Below, piece after piece: positions 25,321 to 38,925 of a DNA stretch of 57,420 nucleotides. This DNA comes from Octopus sinensis. Taxonomy: Eukaryota. Location: the NCBI RefSeq assembly GCF_006345805.1, contig NW_021835245.1, positions 1 to 57,420 on the forward strand, read 5' to 3'. A program made the translations under genes and the position numbers. Each line of letters starts with the position of its first letter. Positions within the stretch are counted from its first letter, which is position 1. Below the pieces are notes generated by a model. The model saw only the letters and a list, made by a program, of their open reading frames with translations. It did not search any database and was not told where the DNA came from.

Positions 25321-26740
25321 GAATACTGAAGAAATGTTGTTGAGTGAAAGTTAATCTCGGTGGAATTTGAACTCGGTGCGTAAAGATCCGAAAGAAATGT
25401 TACAAAGGACTTGGTCCAACGCTCTAACGATTTGGCCAATCCAGCTACTTCTATGACAGTTATTATCATGATATTTAAAAGGATATGTATGTATGCGTGT
25501 GTATATATGCATGTATGTGTAGACGCACGTATGAATGTAAGCGGCTATATGTATAAATAGGCAGGCACATGCACACATATGCATGGATGTGTAGCTGTTG
25601 GGGTTGTTGCTTGGTTATGAAGGAGAGGCTTCGTGTTCTTTAAACAAACATCATTCCAATAGTTAAACGTGGTTTTGTTTATGCCGCCACAAGTTGGTCG
25701 TGAATTACAAAACTCTCCACATAGAGCCAGCGAGATGTAAGAAGCATAATACCACATGCATGGAAACGGGACATAAAGGCGTGGCACAGGGGCTGGATTA
25801 AACACAAAACCATGTATACACCTCGCTTCATATCTGCCATCGTATAGCGCATATCTGGATGAGCATGCAGTCGTTAAAACAGCTATGTAAGGAGTGTGTA
25901 TATCAGACGGCATCTTCGCACACACTGAAGCTTGGTGCCTAAAACTGACTTTATAGGTTTATTACGAAGAACAATCTGGAAACCTCTGGAAAAACCATCA
26001 CGGGAAAAACAGCTGCTGATTGGCTGATAACTCAGCATCACACGTGAAAGTCGAACAATATCATGACTTGAAGTTCGTAATGTAGCAACCCGAGTTCGAG
26101 TCTTGTTATAGATGCATGTATGTAGTGGAGGGAAATAGGGGTTAATGAAATTCAGGCGAATATTTCGGTCAGCACTCCACGAGAAAAAAATGAATTTAAA
26201 AATGCAAATGGATGGTTATTTACAAATAGATTAGTCGGTGATTTAATTGCAGAGTATAAGGACAATCTGATTAAAATTTTAAAAAAAGATAAAAAAAACT
26301 AAGATTATGTCTTTAGAAAACGTTACGAAAATTTTAAATGGCTTGAAGAACTATTTTCTCACCATGAAATTTTTTTATGCACAATTATCAATTAATTACT
26401 GGAACAATTAACCCTCAACCATTCTTCTTAGATCTTAAAGTTGTTGTCGTAGGTTTTGAGATTTTCAAACAAACATACTTATGAAAATGTGACTGTAGAT
26501 ATCTGACATATCAAATTAACTTCTTTGATTTATTATACACTTACCAAATTCACAGTCCTGAGAGGTTAAAATGTCACCAAGAATAGGAACGTGATAACCT
26601 GTGAGAACAACGCAGAAGAGAATTGTTATTATCTAATGTATATTTTTTTTCTTGCTGTCCGATCTGTGAAGGGTGGTATTTTAAAGTAACTTGAAGAGAG
26701 AACAGAGGAAGGTGTATAATAAATGCATGTAAATTTTATC

Positions 26741-27122
26741 AGGCGCATGAGTGGCTGTGTGGTAAGTAGTTTGCTTACCAACCACATGGTTCTGGGTTCA
26801 GTCCATTGGGCAAGTGTCTTCTGCTATAGCCTCGGGCTTACCAAAGCCTTGTGAGTGGATTTGGTAGACGGAAACTGAAAGAAGACCGTCATATATACAT
26901 ACATATATGTGTGTGTGTGCATATGTTTGTGTGTCTGTGTTTGTCTCCCGCCCAACAACCGATTCTAGTGTGTTTACGTGCCCGTAACTTAGCGGTTCGG
27001 CAAAAGAGACCGAAAGAATAAGTACTAGGCTTATAAAGAATAAGTCCTGGGATCGATTTGCTCGACTAAAGGCGGTGCTCCAGCATGGCCGCAGTCAAAT
27101 GACTGTAACAAGTAAAAGAGAG
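26741..27122 (+). mobile_element. SINE family B, full length
   Basis: aggcgcatgagtggctgtgtggtaagtag...ggtgctccagcatggccgcagtcaaatgactgtaacaagtaaaaga. Confidence 0.85.
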
Positions 27123-28397
27123 TAAAAGAAGTTCGTCTCTATAATCTATTGAAGAAATATTAGGATTACTATAGTTGCATTGAATTCAATTAAATAAAAT
27201 TAAACTGAATTAAATACGGTGCAATAGTTAAGGATTAGGTTAAAGATTAGCCAAAAAAAGAGTTAAGAAGGAAAAAGAAACCACAATAACAGAATGCAAG
27301 GATTAATTTTATTTATGCATAACTTAATTATGTGGGAAGTTTGTGTGGAAATTTTAAGCATGTCTTAGTAAATAAACAAGAACAGCAAATTAATAAAGCG
27401 TTACGTTCATAAATGAAGTTGCGTTTACAGTTGAGTATTTCCAGCGAACCCATCGAGCACAAATTCCAGCTCCCGTAAGGAAGAGCCTAATCTTCAGTAG
27501 ATCATGAAATAGCTTTGTCTCTATCTTGCCCTTTGATGTAACAGATGAACTTGACCAGTGCAGTTCTTTTACATTTAAAAGAATGAATGTGGCGATATAT
27601 ATTGTCTTGAATTCTGAAGCTACTGCACCGATGTAATAATGGTTACACACATGTTATAACCTAGCGTTTATACATACTATTATTTATAATACATTGGTTA
27701 TCATATGGACATTTTGATGAATCCTACAGTTTCATATTCTATTGGTTATCTAGTTATATGATGCCTTATTTATTCTATTAGTACCACTGCCGTTATCCAG
27801 AAAACGTACTAAATTATTATCATCACCGTTTTTTGTACCTGAGGAGTTCTGTTAAAGGGAGATCGAAACTGGTTTATACAGTTTAAATAAACAAACGTAC
27901 TTTTACTGTTTTTGATGGTGTTCAGTATTCTAAAGTTAATAGCCGCTATAGTATCCGTTCAATTGGGTGTAATAGAATATTCAAACTTTACGGTATGTCT
28001 AATGAATATTTAACTATATCGCTAGAAAGGGAAAATGTCTAACACCATAAAGAATTCTTTCAGGATTGCCCAGGTCTGCCGCTGAAGAAGGTGTGGTAGT
28101 AGTGTAGTAGTAGTCGTAGTAGTAGTAGAAAAGAAGAACAACAATAATAATAAGCAGACTCAACATCATTAATATTATTATTTTTAATCATATACATATA
28201 TATATATTTTAATATTTATATATATATCTTTTTCTTTTGTTTTTTTTTGTTTTTTACATTTAGTGTCTGTATCGCATGCACAGACACGTATTTCAAGCGT
28301 ATGCACACGCACACACATATGTATTAACGTACACACATACTCACAAACATAGCTACATTCACTCACACATGTACATACGTATATGCACACGTACATG

Positions 28398-28471
28398 GCT
28401 CTCCGTAGCTCAGTTAATTAGAACGCCAATCTAGAAAACTGAATGTCAAAGTTTCAAATCTCGGTGGAGCA
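28398..28471 (+). pseudogene. Degenerate tRNA-like sequence (tRNA pseudogene or solo SINE head)
   Basis: 74 nt with an A-box-like TAGCTCAGTTAATTAGA and a B-box-like GTTTCAAATC; the ends gctc../..gagca are partly complementary, while the T and anticodon stems are broken. Confidence 0.45.
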
Positions 28472-28770
28472 AACTAAATATTTTCATACATACATAGATA
28501 GCTATACGCATTGCTTAGTATATATATTCAATCATTAACATACATGCATACATACGTACGTACATACATTCACTCGGTATCGTGCATATGTAGGTTTTTT
28601 TTCTATGTACATACATTTCATTCATATATGCTTACATTGGACACGCACAAACACGCGCCCAAACACACACACACAGATGCCAATAAGCACCAAAATCCTG
28701 TTTTCTTGTCTTGTATTATCCTTTAAATATTTCTGACTTAATATTTCTTTCACATGCACTCTCTCCCTTG

Positions 28771-28774
<4 letters not shown>

Positions 28775-28842
<68 letters not shown>

Positions 28843-28872
28843 ATATTATACATATATATACATATATACATG

Positions 28873-28907
<35 letters not shown>

Positions 28908-29750
28908 ATTTATATATACATATATACATGTATATATCTATATATATATATATATTATATATATATATATATTCATATATATATGTATATATCTGTCTCA
29001 CTAACACACATACACTCTCTTTTACTCTCGCTCTCACACACATCCTCATTCCTTTACACTTTCTTGCTCTCTCACGCTCTCTCACTCTCTCACTCTTTCT
29101 CTCCTTCGTTCTCACACTTACCTCCTTTATGTTTTCTCTGTCTTGCACATACACAGATCCTCTCTCCTTCACTCTCTATCGCAAACACAACCTCTCTTTC
29201 TCCTTCATTCGAACATTCTCACTCACTCCTCTTAGCTTTTGCTGTACCCCGTATTTATTTATTTGTCATATATTCATATTTTTGTAGAATTACTCTTTTT
29301 CTTACATATTCTTTTCTTTCTTTTTTTTCTTTATTTATATTCCTTCTTTCCCTTAAATCACCATTTTCATGAATAACCTCATTCTTTTCTACTTTGCGGC
29401 CTTCCTTCCTCTTCTCACCACAATTCCAATTTTCTTTTTTTACTTGTATATATCAGTCTGAATATACATACATACACATTTCTTCCGTCTTCTTTTTCTT
29501 CATCTTCTTCTTCTTCCCCTTCCTAATTTCCATATTATATCTCTCTCCCCACTTCGCTTTCATTTGGTTTCCCCTCTTCTCGCGGCGGCCATCTTACCAC
29601 CGCCATCACATCACCACCATCATCACTTTTCTCTTTCACTCCACTCTACCTCTCTCTCTCTCTCTCACTCTCTCCCTCTCATTCTCTCTCTCTCCCTTTC
29701 TCTCTGTTTATCTATCTGTGTCTCTCTCACGCCTTGGTGATTGTCTTTGC
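28775..29750. repeat. CT/TA microsatellites and pyrimidine-rich tract immediately 3' of the Hox1 stop (probable 3'UTR region)
   Basis: Direct reading. Minus-strand AATAAA candidates occur at 29330-29335 and 29254-29259; their use is unverified. Confidence 0.6.
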
Positions 29751-29755
29751 TCAGA

Positions 29756-30333
29756 TCATCTGCTCTCGTTACAAAGTGCCATTGTTGGAACATTCAGTCT
29801 GTCTGTTACCAAGGCACAGTTCTCCAGACCTCCAGGGCCGTTGGCACCTGTTGTTCCTTGAGCCTCTTTGAGTCGTTTCTTTTGCTTCATGCGACGATTT
29901 TGAAACCAGATTTTCACCTGCGTCTCGTTCAGTCCCAGAGCAGCCGCGATTTCGATTCTTCTGGCACGAGTTAGATATTTATTGAAGTGGAACTCTTTCT
30001 CGAGCTCCGTCAATTGCTTATTGGTAAAGTTCGTGCGACCGGTTCCACCACCACCAACGCCACCACCACCAACTCCGCCGCCACCAGCACTTCCGCCTCC
30101 GCCGTTGCTGCCGCTGTTATTACCTGCGCCTGTTAAGACGCCCATACCGTTTCCATTGACGACGCCGTTGCCTCCACTTCCGGGACTGCCGTTCTGACTC
30201 GAACCATTGGCTATCGTGTTGCCAAGACCGTTACCCGTTCCAGCACCGCCGCCACTGCCTGCGTTTGAACCGTTGCCGCCAGCATTACCGCCGTTTCCAT
30301 GTTGATTCGAATAAGAATAGTCATTGGGTTTTC
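29756..30333 (-). CDS. Hox1: Hox1/labial homeobox gene, terminal coding exon (5'-partial; upstream exon not found in window)
   Basis: Minus-strand frame reads (x)[15 protein letters not shown]...[62 protein letters not shown]...CNESR*. The homeodomain (30049-29870) has PG1/labial diagnostics ([47 protein letters not shown]). The acceptor ttttctatatttacAG ends at 30334, giving a phase-1 junction and an open frame to TGA at 29758-29756. The track ATG at 30145 is internal. Confidence 0.96.
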
Positions 30334-30619
30334 CTGTAAATATAGAAAAATTATATAAATAATTTCATATGCAACATCAAAGAAATCAAACAATCAATAA
30401 ATCGTAGAAATCGATAACATTAATAGATCAACCAATGTTCAATAATGAGTAATTAAGTATACAAACAGAAAAACATATAAACAACCAAAACGTCCCTTCA
30501 GGCCTCCAATAATGCAGTGGTCATCTTTATTTTTCAAAATATCAATATTATTATCATTCTCCCTCTTCACTTTCTCTCGGCGTCTTTTCTCTTCGCTGTC
30601 TTATTTTCTTCACCAGGAT

Positions 30620-30968
30620 AAAGGGTCAAGAACCCTGTAGTCATGAATGATCATGGGATTGCACCTAGTAAGTTACCCTTCGAGGCACAAGTCCGGGTAA
30701 AGTTGTTTATGGATGGCCAGCAGTTACCCATACATATCAGCCTCACCTCCCCACGCCACCGATGTTATCTAACGGATAGGCAAAGGCCGATACAGCTTGG
30801 TGCCAGTGGTGATACCACAACTCACTTCTGCAGCTGAGTAACCTGGAGCTACGTAAAATAAAGCGTCTCCCTCAAGAACACAAAACACTCCTAGGTCCAA
30901 GGATCGAACTCACAACCTCTCAATTGTAAACCTGGCGTTATAACCACTAATCCATGTGCCTTCACATA
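30620..30968 (-). mobile_element. tRNA-derived SINE family C
   Basis: Minus-strand head ggcacatggattagtggttataacg...gtgagttcgatcc (A/B boxes), then a CORE-like cttgagggag and a body. Confidence 0.65.
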
Positions 30969-31203
30969 CCTATTTCTTTATTACCCACAAGGGGCTAAAC
31001 ACAGAGGGGACAAACAATGACAGACAAACAGATTAAGTCGATTACATCGACCCCAGTGCGTAACTGGTACTTAATTTATCGACCCCGAAAGGATGAAAGG
31101 CAAAGTCGACCTCGGCGGAATTTGATCTCACAACGTAACGGCAGACGAAATACCGCTAAGCATTTCGCCCGGCGTGCTAACGCTTCTGCCAGCTCGCCGC
31201 CTT
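30967..31203 (-). mobile_element. SINE family A, full length
   Basis: Reverse complement of the 1914-2143 family. Confidence 0.85.
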
Positions 31204-32479
31204 CACATACCGCCTTCATTGCTGCCACCATTATCACTTTACCCTCTTCTTTATTTAAGCATTCTTACCCCTTTCTTCTTTTTCTTTTTTTCTTTATCTA
31301 TCCATATCTCTATGATAAGCGGGAGGACAAAGTGTTGTGAGCAACGTGTGTGCAGTTATGTAGGTCCTGGGCAAGACTTTAAACTGCATTCGATAGTTGG
31401 TCCCTGGGACTCGGAGTAGTAACACCGATCAGGGTCCCAGCTATGGCTTAATTAGCATATTAGTGCCTGCCTACCTATGCATATGAAGATTGGAACGCAT
31501 GGAGTCTATGGATGAAAGCTCCATGGTCCAACGGAAGACAGGTGCAGTAATACATTGTATTGTGCAAAGAGCAAGACGAAGCAAGCAAGATATCTGGGTC
31601 AGTCTCCATCTCCAAACCTCTTGACCTGGTCTTGCTTCTGTATTGAAGATTGTCACGGACGACAGATTTACGATGACGTTGCGCAACTATTCTTCACTGC
31701 AAACAAAATCACAGCACAATTCATCAGTCATTCATAACGATGACAAAATGGTCCTTGTCGTTCTGTCGGACGAGCGTGATGATGTATGTGTGCACGTGTG
31801 TGTGTGTATGTGAGCGCGTACGAATGCGTGCATACATAGCACATAGTGTGTGATGTGTATCGAGGAAATTATATACATGGTGGGCCATAAGTGACGCACA
31901 AAATAAGTTCAATACGCTCCGGAATTGTCAAAGACATGCTTCAGTTTCTCTGAAAATTGAACAAGATGGATAAAATAAGAATGAATACACGTATTGTGCA
32001 TGATAAACAAAATTGATTAATAAAATTAACAATAATGTAATCTAAATAAAATGCAAATGTCTTGGCGCTTTTAGCCATACTGTATGTATTATTAATGTTT
32101 GAGGTTAATTTTGTCCTTTCCTGTGAGACTAGAGTTGATCACGTAGACATATTTCCAATGACAATCCAGCCATGACTATCCTGTCATTTTCTTATAATAA
32201 GGAAACCTAAGACAGTATACTATACAATAATGTACTTTTCCAAGACAAGGCGTGATGTGAGTGAGACTTGGCTAATATTTCTGCACGATTCATAATAGGC
32301 ACCAATACGTGGGTGTAATTGTGATGTGGCAGTGGGTGTATATACTGCAGCGAAGAGCGGCTGTATATTTGTATTTGTGTATATAAAATGAAGGCCATGA
32401 AAATAACTGAGGATGACTAAAATATTACGAGTCGTTTAGTGTTACTGATATGTATGTGTATATATATATATATATTATA

Positions 32480-32519
<40 letters not shown>

Positions 32520-32749
32520 TCACATATGTATGCATGTATGTATGCACACGCATTTATTCAAATATATCTATGCATATACGTATATACATATACACACGTA
32601 TATTCAAATTTATGTATAATGAGCGGTTGGTAGAGTAAATATAAGAATTACACATGCATAGATGCGGATTAAAAATGGAAAAAGGGTTGGAACTCAACAG
32701 AGGAGGAAATGGAAGAACGAGGAGAGAAAAATAGCCTGTTTTTTCAAGA

Positions 32750-32961
32750 GAAATATTTCTACATATATATATATACACACACATACACACACATGTACGC
32801 ATATGAGACAAACGGGGGTATATACATTATATATGCTGATATCCTATACTCGCATGCATGTACACGCACATACATACATATATATATACACATATATATA
32901 TATACACCGTATATACACTCACACACATATACATATATATTAATACACATATATATGTATG

Positions 32962-33006
<45 letters not shown>

Positions 33007-33270
33007 CATATATATACATATATATATATATGTATATACATATGTATATACATATATATACATATATATATATATGTATATATACATATATATATACATA
33101 TATATATACATATATATATATGCATATATATATACACACATATATATACACACACATATATATATACTATACATACATATATATATATATTATATATATA
33201 TATATATATAATATATATATATTATTATATATATATATATATCTATATATATATATATATATACTCACAC
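32750..33270. repeat. (TA)n/(TACA)n microsatellite block
   Basis: Direct reading. Confidence 0.9.
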
Positions 33271-33430
33271 ACACGTTGCGTGTGCTTGCACGTCGGTATT
33301 TATGCAGAGCGCATTTAAACTTCTGCTATATTATACTGCATTAAAAACTGTCAAACGTGAACTCTTTTTTCTAAACACATGTACAAAACATTAATAACGT
33401 ATGTGTGTATATATACCGATGTCTATCTAT

Positions 33431-33498
<68 letters not shown>

Positions 33499-34261
33499 AT
33501 GTGTATATATATGTATATTTATATACACACACACACACATATATAAGCACAAATAGAAACGAACGGCTTAACAGATATTTGTGTACGTGTTGCTAGTAAA
33601 TACACATACATATAAACGAACAAACGTACATACGCAGTACATACAGATATACATACATAGCAGATATACGTACATAAATGCTTAGTAAATAAGTAGATGA
33701 TTGACATAAGATGGAGTGAAGAAAAATACAGGATAATAACAATGATTACTAAGTGAAAAAAATAGAATAATGATTATAGGGGAAAAACAAAATGGCGCCG
33801 AATATATGGCTTTCCCTTCCGGTGGTTCTTTAATCTCTCTCTCTCTGTCATTCATGCTCGCTCTCTCGGTTACTTATTCATTCTCTTTGTTTCGGCTAAT
33901 GTTTATATATATATATATATAATATATATATATATATTTATATTGCTTATCACTTTTCATTATTCTTTATGTTTTCTGTTATTTTTAAAGCAATTTTTTT
34001 TTTCGTTTTTAAATATTTTATTTTATTTTCCTCTGTTCCGCAAATTACGCCCTCCCGCCTTTGTCTGTCTGTCTGTCTGTCTCTCCCTCTCTATGATATA
34101 TATATATATTATTTATACAGTAATATATATTTGATTTATATTGTATAAAAAATATAAAAAGGTAATACATTATACATTTATATAAATAGAAATATACATA
34201 ATATGTATATTAGGTATATAAAATAACACATACATGCACGCACATACACACACACATACCA

Positions 34262-34304
<43 letters not shown>

Positions 34305-34331
34305 TATATATATATATATTATATATATACA

Positions 34332-34364
<33 letters not shown>

Positions 34365-34790
34365 GTATAACATACATATATACAATGATTATATGTGTAT
34401 ATGTGTGTACACATTCTTATAAGCACACGCGCACACATAGTTATATATAATATACACATACATACACATGCATACAATCCCACCAGATGTACAGGAGTTA
34501 GAGGGACATAAGGTGTTTCTTTTTATTATTATGAAATATTTCAGTTTTTAACATTGTCTGTTTCCTCTCTTTCTTCCTCTCTATTATTTCCCCCTCTCTC
34601 TTTCTCATACACGTCTCTCTCTCTCTCATTTACACATTTTCATTTCTCTCTCTCTCTCTCTCTCCCCCCTCTCTCTCTTTCGCTCATATACACACATTCA
34701 TCTCTCTCTTTCTCTCTCATATACACACTTTCATCTCTCTCTCTCTCATTTACACACTTTCATCTCTCTCTCTCCCTCATAAACACATTT

Positions 34791-34827
<37 letters not shown>

Positions 34828-35070
34828 TACACACATCTTCCTTTCTCTCATATACACACACAATTCTCATAACTCTCCATTTCTGTCATAACCACCTCTC
34901 TTTCTCTCTCATATACACGCACACATCTCTCCCTCCCCCTCTCTCACTAATACACATGCATCTCTCTCTATCTCTCTCTTTCTCTCACTTTTTCTCATGC
35001 ACATTCATCTCTTTCTTACTGTCTCGCACACGCGCATATGCGTAAAAGTCTTAACCCCATACACGCACGC

Positions 35071-35105
<35 letters not shown>

Positions 35106-35187
35106 GTCTCTTTCTAAAACATATCTCTTAAATAGATCCCAACACCTCTCCCAACTTTTACCTTACTCTTTCCCTCTCACCCTCCCT

Positions 35188-35220
<33 letters not shown>

Positions 35221-35489
35221 TCGCAGACACGCACACGCAGCCGTTCATACACTTCTATCACTTTTCCATTCAATTTTCACCTTCCACCGCTCCTCCTCAC
35301 ACACTTCACTCGTGGTTTCCCTCCACCACCTCCACCTTCATGCCAAACAGGTCTGACCAACCGAGAGGGGATGGTGGGGGTGCGAATCTACCATTGTAAA
35401 TATGCTTTTTGCTTCACTTCCAGCTACCAATCTAGGCGCCCACTATGACATTGATTGAAAATGTAAGGTAAAAAGAAACCCAGCACTTC

Positions 35490-35809
35490 ACAATAATAAT
35501 AATAATAATAATAATAATGATAATAATAATAATGATAATAACAACAACAACAATAATAATAATAACAACAACAACAATAATAATAATAACAACAACAACA
35601 ACAACAATAATAATAACAACAACAATAATGATAATAATAATAATAATAATGATAATAATAATAATAATAATGATGATAATTACTATAATAATGAGGATGA
35701 TAATAAAATGATAATAATAGTAATAATGGTAATAATAATAATAATAATGATAATAATAATAATAATGATAATAATAATAATAATGATAATGATAATAATA
35801 ATGATAATG

Positions 35810-35854
<45 letters not shown>

Positions 35855-35935
35855 TAATAATAATAGCAATAATAATAAATAATATCATAATAATGATAAT
35901 GATAATAATATGGATGATGATGATTATGATGACGT
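35490..35935. repeat. (AAT)n/(AAC)n/(GAT)n tract
   Basis: Direct reading; flanked by a short direct repeat aaagaaacccagcactt / aaggaaacccagcactt (about 35472 and 35940). Confidence 0.9.
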
Positions 35936-36067
35936 TTAAAAGGAAACCCAGCACTTTTAAGTAAACACCACTAATAACAAGTTTTTAAAAAAATTTTTAA
36001 TAATAAAATACAGTATTATATATATGTGTGTATGTGTTTTATATATCTATAACTATATATACATATA

Positions 36068-36128
<61 letters not shown>

Positions 36129-36302
36129 ATATATATATTATATATATATATATATATGTATATATATACATATATTATAATATATATATATTATATATAT
36201 ACATATTTACGCATAAACACACACGCATTCATATATATATATATACATACACATATATATTGTGTATATGGTCTCCCTCTCCCTCACCATATATATGTGT
36301 GA

Positions 36303-36339
<37 letters not shown>

Positions 36340-36469
36340 ATATATAGAGATATATGCCAATAGATGTAGCGAGTAACGTCACATCCGATGGTTAAAGGTG
36401 GGTTTATGATTAGGGGGCAACGTTAATAATAATGATAAGACGCATTATTACCATTTACACAACCCACAC

Positions 36470-36550
<81 letters not shown>

Positions 36551-36841
36551 TATTTTGTAATATTTCTGAAGCAGTTTTTGAATATCTTTGTATTACACGC
36601 ATATGTTAAGCTTGCAAAGACACACACATACACACACACGTACGCGCACACACACATATATACAAACACACACACATGTGTTCTCTAACTTGAATGTCTT
36701 ACGTCCTTTATTTTTGAATGATATTTTTGTTTGTTATATTCTATACTTATATTATGCGTGTGAGTGTGTGTATGTGCGTGTGTATCCACACACATACACA
36801 CATACACACATATATATATATACACACACATATATATATAC

Positions 36842-36878
<37 letters not shown>

Positions 36879-37077
36879 TATGTTACGTAGCTATTCACAT
36901 ACACACACACATACACACGCCATATCAGTGTTGGTTTTGTGTTTTCTGTAGTGTTGTTTTGGTTTTTCTTCCTTTTAAGGTTTGTACACGTAAGTGGGTG
37001 TTTGTGCATGCAAAAGGCAGACTCACCACGCACACATACATATATGTACAATGATATATACATACATACATACGTAC

Positions 37078-37134
<57 letters not shown>

Positions 37135-37943
37135 CATAATATATATTATAGCATATATACGTATATGTACATACATGTATATGTATATACATATGCATAT
37201 ATGGGTACTGGACGTCATAGAACGTAAACAACATGAAATACGGAAACATGGAACACGAACGTTTTTTGCGAACAACGAAAGAAACAAATAGAAATCCTGA
37301 CCAGTAACATAACGAACGACCCTTCATCAGTTGTCAGCTGTTTATCTACTCTAAATTTCGAGCAATTACGACAAGATATGTCCTGGAGAAAACAGTTACT
37401 CCCGCAAAGCAAAATAAAATTTGGGATTTGCAGAGGGTCAAAATTGGTAACAAAAACAGAACAGTGAAAACAAACAGTAAGGGCTGATAAACCATAACGA
37501 GGTGAAGTTGTGAACGTTGGAGGCACAAGCTTTGACTGAAGAAATGATAGGAGAGGAGACAGACAAGAATGCGTGTGATCTGTGTGGCAGATCAAAAGGA
37601 AAGAAGGAACCTCAGTTTAGGAAAAGAAAGATGGCTGATGGTCCCGTGTAAGCAACGAGAGTGTAAAGGAAGAAGAGTGAGAAAGAGAAAGGGACAGATA
37701 CAGAACGGTGAAGGGGAGGTGAAAAGAATTAGAGAAAGAATGAGAGAGAAAAATAAAAGGGCGAGAAGGAGAGATAAACAGAATTAGAGAAAGGAAGAGA
37801 GAGGAAACGAAAGGGGAGAGGGAAAAAGAACAATACAAGATAGAGCCGCATCAGAATTATTAAGATAAACTTACTTGGAGATGGATGCGTGGCGTTCAGT
37901 TGTATAATAGTATAATATATATGTATATATGCATATATATATA

Positions 37944-38925
37944 CTAGCATTAAAGACCCGTCGTTGCCGGGTCATAGTGCTAGTGCATGTATATATGTGT
38001 ATATATATCTGTACATATTACATGTACATCTATATATATACATCTACACATAAAATACAAAGTTATATCTTGATATCGCTAGTGATAACAATACTCAAAA
38101 TATATAAGACTGGAATTGTTAGCCCGTCTCTTGTAATTTCGATCAATTGTATCTTGTCCTCCCTCTTGTATAGAAGTGTGGCTACAATCCAGCCTATCTC
38201 TACTTCTGGGGGGGGGGCGGGTTATTTTAAAGGAAAAAATAAAATAATTCCACTTTGCAAGTACGAGTCGAGTACTCCCTTGTACGCTCCGTTGACTCGA
38301 ACCTTGCTTCTATTGTGGCGAATTTACCGCCTCTGATTAGATACCTTTCATAGTCGCACCAAGACACTTTTCGAAGGTGCTTTCCTCCAGGTGTTCAAAT
38401 CTTCTTTTTTCTCTACATTGTATACTTTATAGACAATAGTCTTTTCTTTAATTTAATTTTTTATTATCCATCTGGACTATTCCATTTCTGCACGTCAATT
38501 TTATTTTTAATTTATTCCCATTCATGTGAAACCACTTATTCAAGTTCAAATCATTGATGCAGTTTTATACCAATTGCTATTTTTACTTTTGTCATGTTAC
38601 TTTAGTTTGATTTTAATTATTACTTACTACATATAATTCAATTGTTATTATTATTTTTATTGTTAAAGAGAAAGTATCTGACATAAAATAGAAAAACGTT
38701 TTTGTTTCACTTTTAACACGTAATACTGAAATAGTGGAGAAGATATGATATTGCTATGGGCTCGCTCTAGGCAAGAAGTTGAACATTCTTTTTGCCCATG
38801 ACACTCCCTGGACACTAAGTAAGGCATGTGTAAAATTTGAATGAAATTGGTTGCGTAGTTCTCAAGTTTTAGGGAAACACACAGACAGACAGACAGACAC
38901 ACATTCTCAGTTTTATATATATATG
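37944..38925 (-). mobile_element. Non-autonomous Helitron
   Basis: Minus-strand 5' part tatatataaaactgagaatgtgtgtctgtctg...; 3' end has the GC hairpin gacccg-gcaacga-cgggtc, 7 nt, then CTAG|T at 37947-37944. Confidence 0.65.

Noticed and set aside
27390-27650. 86-aa minus-strand ORF downstream of Hox1
   Set aside because: No recognisable motif or splice evidence; its length is within chance expectation.
30211-30393. 60-aa ORF overlapping the Hox1 acceptor
   Set aside because: It is an alternative frame across the intron/exon boundary; the adjacent frame is the one continuous with the homeodomain.
30632-30640. ACCCTGTAG, matching the 5' end of miR-10
   Set aside because: The match stops after 9 nt, there is no hairpin, it lies in a SINE tail, and miR-10 is normally next to Hox4/5.
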